Shown here in pieces: positions 59,752 to 64,000 of a stretch of DNA of 64,000 bases. Location: assembly GCA_041687695.1 (NCBI GenBank), contig JAWLBL010000019.1, forward strand, positions 1-64,000, given 5' to 3'. Both the position numbers and the translations under genes were made by a program. The first letter of the stretch is position 1; each line of letters opens with the position of its first letter. Origin of the DNA: Myxococcota bacterium. Lineage in GTDB: Bacteria; Myxococcota_A; UBA9042; PHBI01; JAWLBL01. The notes under the pieces are model-generated. The model worked only from the letters and a program-made list of their open reading frames with translations. It did not search any database and was not told the DNA's origin.

Positions 59752-60732
59752 TCAGAAGCGGACCTCGGTGCGGGCGACGACGGCGGTGTGGGCCGCGGCC
59801 GCGGGGGGACCGTCGAGCGGCACGAAGAGCACCGGGAGGGCGTCGAGGCGGACGCCGAAGTGCGGCGAGATGAAGTAGCGCGCGCCGACGCAGGCGGTCA
59901 GCGCGAAGGACGGCGCCTCGACCAGCGAGCGCAGGCCGAAGCTGCCACCGCCAGCGCCGAGGCCGGCGACCACTTCGAACCCGTCGCCGACGGGGTGCGC
60001 GTAGGTGGCACCCAGGGTCGCCGCCACCGTGGTGAGGCCGCGGCTGTAGTTGGGCTCGGCCCGCAGGCCGTCGTCGAGGGAGTGCAGGCCGAGGATCGCC
60101 TGCAGGTGCAGCTCCCAGCGCTCGGTGGGCGCGTAGCCCAGCGAGATGAGCGCCGTGGCGCCCGTGTCGATGCGGTCGGCCGAGGCGCCCCCGACGAGCG
60201 CGACGCCGCCCCCCAGGCCGAGGCGCCAGCGGCGCGTGGTGTCGTCGGGCGTGAGGGCCATCAGGTCGGGCGGCGCGTAGAGCAGCGGCGGGGGCAGGAG
60301 GTCGGCCGGGCTGGGGGGCGACGGCAGCGGAGGCGGGCCGGGCTCGAGGGCGGGCGGGAGGCGCTTGGCGAGCCGGGCGGCCTCGGCGGCGTCGACGGCG
60401 GCGATGATCCGGGGGTCGGCGCCGGGGCTGGGGCGCCAGCCGGGCCAGGCGGCCAGGAGGGCGGCGAACGCGTCGCGGGCGTCGGCTGGGCGGTCGAGCA
60501 GGGCCAGGGCCTCGGCCCGCAGGAGCAGCGCCTCGCGGCGGAGGTCGCCCTCGGCGTCACCCAGGGCGGCGAGGGCCGCGTCGGCCTGCTCGAGGGTGCA
60601 GGCCGGCTGCGCCCGGCGGCGGCAGGCGGCGGCGCGATCGAGGAGATCGGCGGGATCGGCGGCGAAGGCCGGGGCGGGCAGGGCGAGGCCGGCGAGGCCG
60701 GCGAGGGCGGCGAGCCGACGGGAGCGGGTCAT
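59752..60732 (-). CDS. Secreted protein with TPR-like helices and a C-terminal outer-membrane beta-barrel-like domain
   Basis: Signal peptide ending AFA; helical repeat, Pro linker, alternating beta-strands ending in EVRF. Confidence 0.6.
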   Translation of the reverse strand: MTRSRRLAALAGLAGLALPAPAFAADPADLLDRAAACRRRAQPACTLEQADAALAALGDAEGDLRREALLLRAEALALLDRPADARDAFAALLAAWPGWRPSPGADPRIIAAVDAAEAARLAKRLPPALEPGPPPLPSPPSPADLLPPPLLYAPPDLMALTPDDTTRRWRLGLGGGVALVGGASADRIDTGATALISLGYAPTERWELHLQAILGLHSLDDGLRAEPNYSRGLTTVAATLGATYAHPVGDGFEVVAGLGAGGGSFGLRSLVEAPSFALTACVGARYFISPHFGVRLDALPVLFVPLDGPPAAAAHTAVVARTEVRF

Positions 60733-61154
60733 GGCGCCTCGACCTCGCCGACGAGGGTGAAGCGGCGCGCGTCGGCGCGGCTGTCGACCACGACGCCCAG
60801 GACCAGGGGCTCGCTGCGAGTCCCCGCGCCAGCGCGGGCGGCGAGGCACAGGACGCGCTGGGGGTCGTCTGGCGGCGGCGCGTCGGGATCGCAGGGGCCG
60901 AAGGCGAAGTTGACGATCTGCACCGAGGGCGTGCCGCTGACGGGCGGGCCAACGACGAAGAAGGGGCCCAGAGCGTCGGCGGGGGGCGCGAGGCGCACCT
61001 GGATGCGGCCGATGGCGCCGGGGAAGAGGGCGACCTGCTCGATGATGAGGTCGCCGGCCTCGCGGGTGGGCAGGGGCAGCTCGGCGTAGCCGTCGCAGGC
61101 GGCCGAGGTCAGGGCGGCGAGGGCCACCAGGGCGTGGCGGAGGCGGCCGGTCAT
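60729..61154 (-). CDS. Small hypothetical lipoprotein
   Basis: [20 protein letters not shown] lipobox; ATGA overlaps on both sides. Confidence 0.65.
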   Translation of the reverse strand: MTGRLRHALVALAALTSAACDGYAELPLPTREAGDLIIEQVALFPGAIGRIQVRLAPPADALGPFFVVGPPVSGTPSVQIVNFAFGPCDPDAPPPDDPQRVLCLAARAGAGTRSEPLVLGVVVDSRADARRFTLVGEVEAP

Positions 61155-62857
61155 GGGGCGCACCATTCGGCGGTGGCCTGGGCGCCTGCGGCGTGGGCCA
61201 GGCACGCGCTGTCGAAGGTCGGGGCGGCGTCGATGGCGCAGGCGGCGGTGGTCACGGCGTCCTCGCGGCACAGGTCCGTGGGCGGCGGGGCGCAAGCGGC
61301 GTCGGGATCGGGGCAGCCGGCGGTGTCGACCGGGCGGACGGCGTCGCCATCGCACGCGGGGGCCTCGCCCTCGCAGCAGGCGCCGAGGTGCGCCACCGGG
61401 ACGGCGGCGCAGGCGGCAAAGCAGGCGTTGGGCCAGGTGGCGCCGTCGGCGCCGCAGACCGGGTCGTGCAGCAGGCTGCAACCGCACGTCGCCGGAGCGT
61501 CGAGGACGCAGCGGCCGCCCAGGCGCGTGTCAGCGGCCCGGCAGAGGGTGCCGTCCGGGCAGTCGGCGGCGCCCTCGCAGGCGGTGGCGCAGGGGCCCCA
61601 CAGGCCGTCGGTGGCGCCGAGCTGGACGGCCAGGCAGGGCGCGCCGACGGTCACGGGCTGCGTGAAGGCGGGCAGCGAGACGCAGACCGGCGCCCCCTGG
61701 GGCGCGCAGCTGGAGGCGGGCGGCGGGGCGCAGGCGCACTTGAGGCAGGGGCCGGGCGCGGCCTCGGGGTCGTCGGGCAGGGGCTGCAGGACCAGGCCCC
61801 AGGCGCAGTCGAGGGTGCAGCCGTCGGGCGCGGCGCGGCAGGTGTCGGCGCACGAGCCGGGGTAGAGGAGGCGGGCGCCGGCGCAGCGCGCCACGCAGCG
61901 ATTGCGGTAGGTGACGCCGTCGCTGCCGCAGACGGGGGCGAGATCGAGCGGGCAGGCGGCGCAGTCGGCTGGGGTCGCGGGCGAGGCCGGGGCGCAGTCG
62001 CAACCGGGGCAGCCGGTCTGGGGGCTGAGGGCGCGGAGGCCGAAGCAGGGGGCCTCGCAGCTGCTCAGGTTGGGGCAGGCGTCCTCGCAGGGCGCCTGCG
62101 CGGCGACGGGGACGTTCGCGCAGGCGGCGGCGCAGGCGCTGGGCCACGTCTGGCCGTCGGCGCCGCAGACCGGCGAGGCGTCGTCGCCGGAGCAGTCGCA
62201 TCCCGGCAGGACGCAGGCGCCCCAGGGGCCCGCGCGGCGGCCGGGTTCGCAGAGCGTGGCGGCCTCGCAGGTGCAGGTCGGGCAGCCGTCCTCGTCGCGC
62301 GCCAGTTCGCCGTCGCAGCGGGCGGCCGGGCAGCCGCGATCGGCCAGGGTGGGGCAGGGCGGCGGGGCGTCCTCGCATCCGGCGACGCAGCGGACGGCGA
62401 CCGAGTAGCCGGCGGCGCCCTCGCCGGGGCGGCGACCGACGACGACCAGGTGCTCGGCGCCGGCGTCGGTGGGGGTGCGCAGGTCGACCGTGACCTCGGC
62501 GCCTTCGCCCGAGCCGAGTTCGAACGCCGAACAGGCTGGGTAACCGCCCTGGAGATCACGCGGGCCGTAGGCCATGGCCAGCGCCTGGGTGCCAGGGATC
62601 TGGACCGAGGCGCGCACCGTCGCGCCGGCGGGGACCCAGACGGCGTGCGCGGCCAGCTGCCCCGCGGCGAGCTGCCCGTTGGCGCGCTCGAGGCCGCCGA
62701 AGGCCGACAGGCTGGGGCCGAACGCCAGCGCGGCGGCGCCGCCCGGGGCCAGGATCGGGCAGGCCAGCCCGGCCTCCTCGCGCGCCTGGCAGGCGGCCAT
62801 GGCGAGGGCGGCGGCGATGGTGACCAGGCGCCACAGGCCCGGCGTGCGCCCGCGCAT
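61151..62857 (-). CDS. Lipoprotein with Kazal-type protease-inhibitor domains and antistasin-like Cys modules
   Basis: Lipobox [56 protein letters not shown]. Confidence 0.8.
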   Translation of the reverse strand: MRGRTPGLWRLVTIAAALAMAACQAREEAGLACPILAPGGAAALAFGPSLSAFGGLERANGQLAAGQLAAHAVWVPAGATVRASVQIPGTQALAMAYGPRDLQGGYPACSAFELGSGEGAEVTVDLRTPTDAGAEHLVVVGRRPGEGAAGYSVAVRCVAGCEDAPPPCPTLADRGCPAARCDGELARDEDGCPTCTCEAATLCEPGRRAGPWGACVLPGCDCSGDDASPVCGADGQTWPSACAAACANVPVAAQAPCEDACPNLSSCEAPCFGLRALSPQTGCPGCDCAPASPATPADCAACPLDLAPVCGSDGVTYRNRCVARCAGARLLYPGSCADTCRAAPDGCTLDCAWGLVLQPLPDDPEAAPGPCLKCACAPPPASSCAPQGAPVCVSLPAFTQPVTVGAPCLAVQLGATDGLWGPCATACEGAADCPDGTLCRAADTRLGGRCVLDAPATCGCSLLHDPVCGADGATWPNACFAACAAVPVAHLGACCEGEAPACDGDAVRPVDTAGCPDPDAACAPPPTDLCREDAVTTAACAIDAAPTFDSACLAHAAGAQATAEWCAP

Positions 62858-63150
62858 CAGCCTCCGAACTCGTTCTGGAGGCGCCGGGTCAGCCCTTCCT
62901 CGATCTTGCCCTTGAAGGCGCGCGCCAGCAGGCCCAGATCGATGGCGACGACCACGTCGCTGTCGGTCACGGTGAACTCGCCCTTGAAGCCCGGCCCCTT
63001 GGCGTTCGCGCGCGTGCCGTCGGCGCTCCAGTCGATCTCCTTGAAGATCTCGGGGCGCTTGGCGGCGAAGTCGTCGAGCAGCGCCTTGGTGCGGGCCGAC
63101 GCGTCCTGGCGGTTGGTGCCGTGCGGGTGTCGGATGTCGATGCTGGCCAT
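62857..63150 (-). CDS. Polyhydroxyalkanoic acid system (PHA granule region) family protein
   Basis: [10 protein letters not shown]...W...GPGFKG...[24 protein letters not shown]. Confidence 0.75.
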   Translation of the reverse strand: MASIDIRHPHGTNRQDASARTKALLDDFAAKRPEIFKEIDWSADGTRANAKGPGFKGEFTVTDSDVVVAIDLGLLARAFKGKIEEGLTRRLQNEFGG

Positions 63151-63311
63151 GAGCAGCCCTCCGAAGCCGAAGGCGGGCGTCGCGCCCGAGGGAAGGGGTG
63201 GGGACGTGGCGGACGACATAGCAGCCCGCCGCGCCAGTTGTAAACCGGTGCTTGTCAGCGGCCCGGAGGGCTGCGAGGCTCGGACGCCCCCGACCCCCTC
63301 CCGGAGGCCCG

Positions 63312-64000
63312 ATGCTTCGCCTCACCGTGCTCTGGACCGTCTTGACGCTCGGCGTCGCGGCGCCCGCGTCGTGGGCGCGCGCCGAGGCGCCGCCCGCGCC
63401 GGCTCGCGGCCTCACGGCCATGGTCGCCAGCGCCCATCCCCTCGCCACGGCGGCCGGCCAACGGATGCTGGCGCGCGGCGGCAACGTGGTCGACGCGGCG
63501 GTGGCGGTCAGCCTGGCGCTGTCGGTGGTCGAGCCCTGGTCGTCGGGCGTCGGCGGCGGCGCCTTCATGGTCCTGCACCTCGATGGCGCGACGACGACCT
63601 GGGACATGCGCGAGACGGCGCCGGCCGCCGCCACCCGGGACATGTTCGTGCGCGACGGCCAGGTCGTCGCCGGCGAGAGCACGACCAGCCCGCGGGCGGC
63701 GGCGATCCCCGGGCTGGTCCGCGGCCTCGCCGCCGTGCACGCCCGTCATGGCAAGCTGCCCTTCGCCGACACGGTCGCCCCGGCCATCGCCTACGCCCGC
63801 GACGGCATCCCCGTGACGCGCAAGATGCACGCGGCGATCACGGCGTCGCGGGACGACCTGAACCCGGCGGCGAGGGCCATCTTCCTGACCCCGGCCGGGG
63901 CGCCGCGGCCCGTCGGCAGCCGGCTCGTGCAGGCCGATCTGGCGCGCACGCTCGAGGCCATCGCGCGGACGGGGGGCGAGGCGTTCTACACGGGCGAGGT
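63312..64000 (+). CDS. ggt: Gamma-glutamyltransferase (5' part; runs off the window)
   Basis: GGAGG RBS; signal peptide; [13 protein letters not shown]...[10 protein letters not shown]...[14 protein letters not shown]...DMRETAP. Confidence 0.93.
   Translation, partial: MLRLTVLWTVLTLGVAAPASWARAEAPPAPARGLTAMVASAHPLATAAGQRMLARGGNVVDAAVAVSLALSVVEPWSSGVGGGAFMVLHLDGATTTWDMRETAPAAATRDMFVRDGQVVAGESTTSPRAAAIPGLVRGLAAVHARHGKLPFADTVAPAIAYARDGIPVTRKMHAAITASRDDLNPAARAIFLTPAGAPRPVGSRLVQADLARTLEAIARTGGEAFYTGE

Overview
Very GC-rich bacterial DNA. The many Cys-rich lipoproteins, a STAND regulator and the gene order suggest Myxococcota or a related deltaproteobacterium (inference). The standout is a split RiPP-like biosynthetic locus (about 27.8-37.7 kb and 44.3-49.2 kb). 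It has a 112-aa precursor ending in 18 contiguous His-Xaa-Ser triplets plus Trp, nine radical SAM proteins carrying ten CxxxCxxC motifs (including a cobalamin-type double-rSAM fusion and an rSAM-methyltransferase fusion), and a stand-alone HEXXH peptide-modifying enzyme. Other features missed by the ORF track: (1) the end of an IS66-like element at 1-98 that interrupts a Cys-rich surface-protein gene; (2) a UshA-like lipoprotein with an in-frame UGA in a C-G-U motif followed by a SECIS-like hairpin (probable selenoprotein); (3) a candidate sigma-54-dependent small RNA with upstream palindrome, IHF-like site, an exposed anti-Shine-Dalgarno linker and a terminator; (4) a tRNA-Val/rpmI/rplT/ihfA/tRNA-Pro block lacking thrS, infC and pheST; (5) phased heptamer repeats upstream of a MalT-like regulator. 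The rest is housekeeping genes (psd, mtnP, glpX, purC, ggt, SNF2 helicase, TrmH-type methylase, proline dehydrogenase) and many disulfide-rich secreted proteins or lipoproteins. All calls come from reading motifs by eye; no database searches were run.
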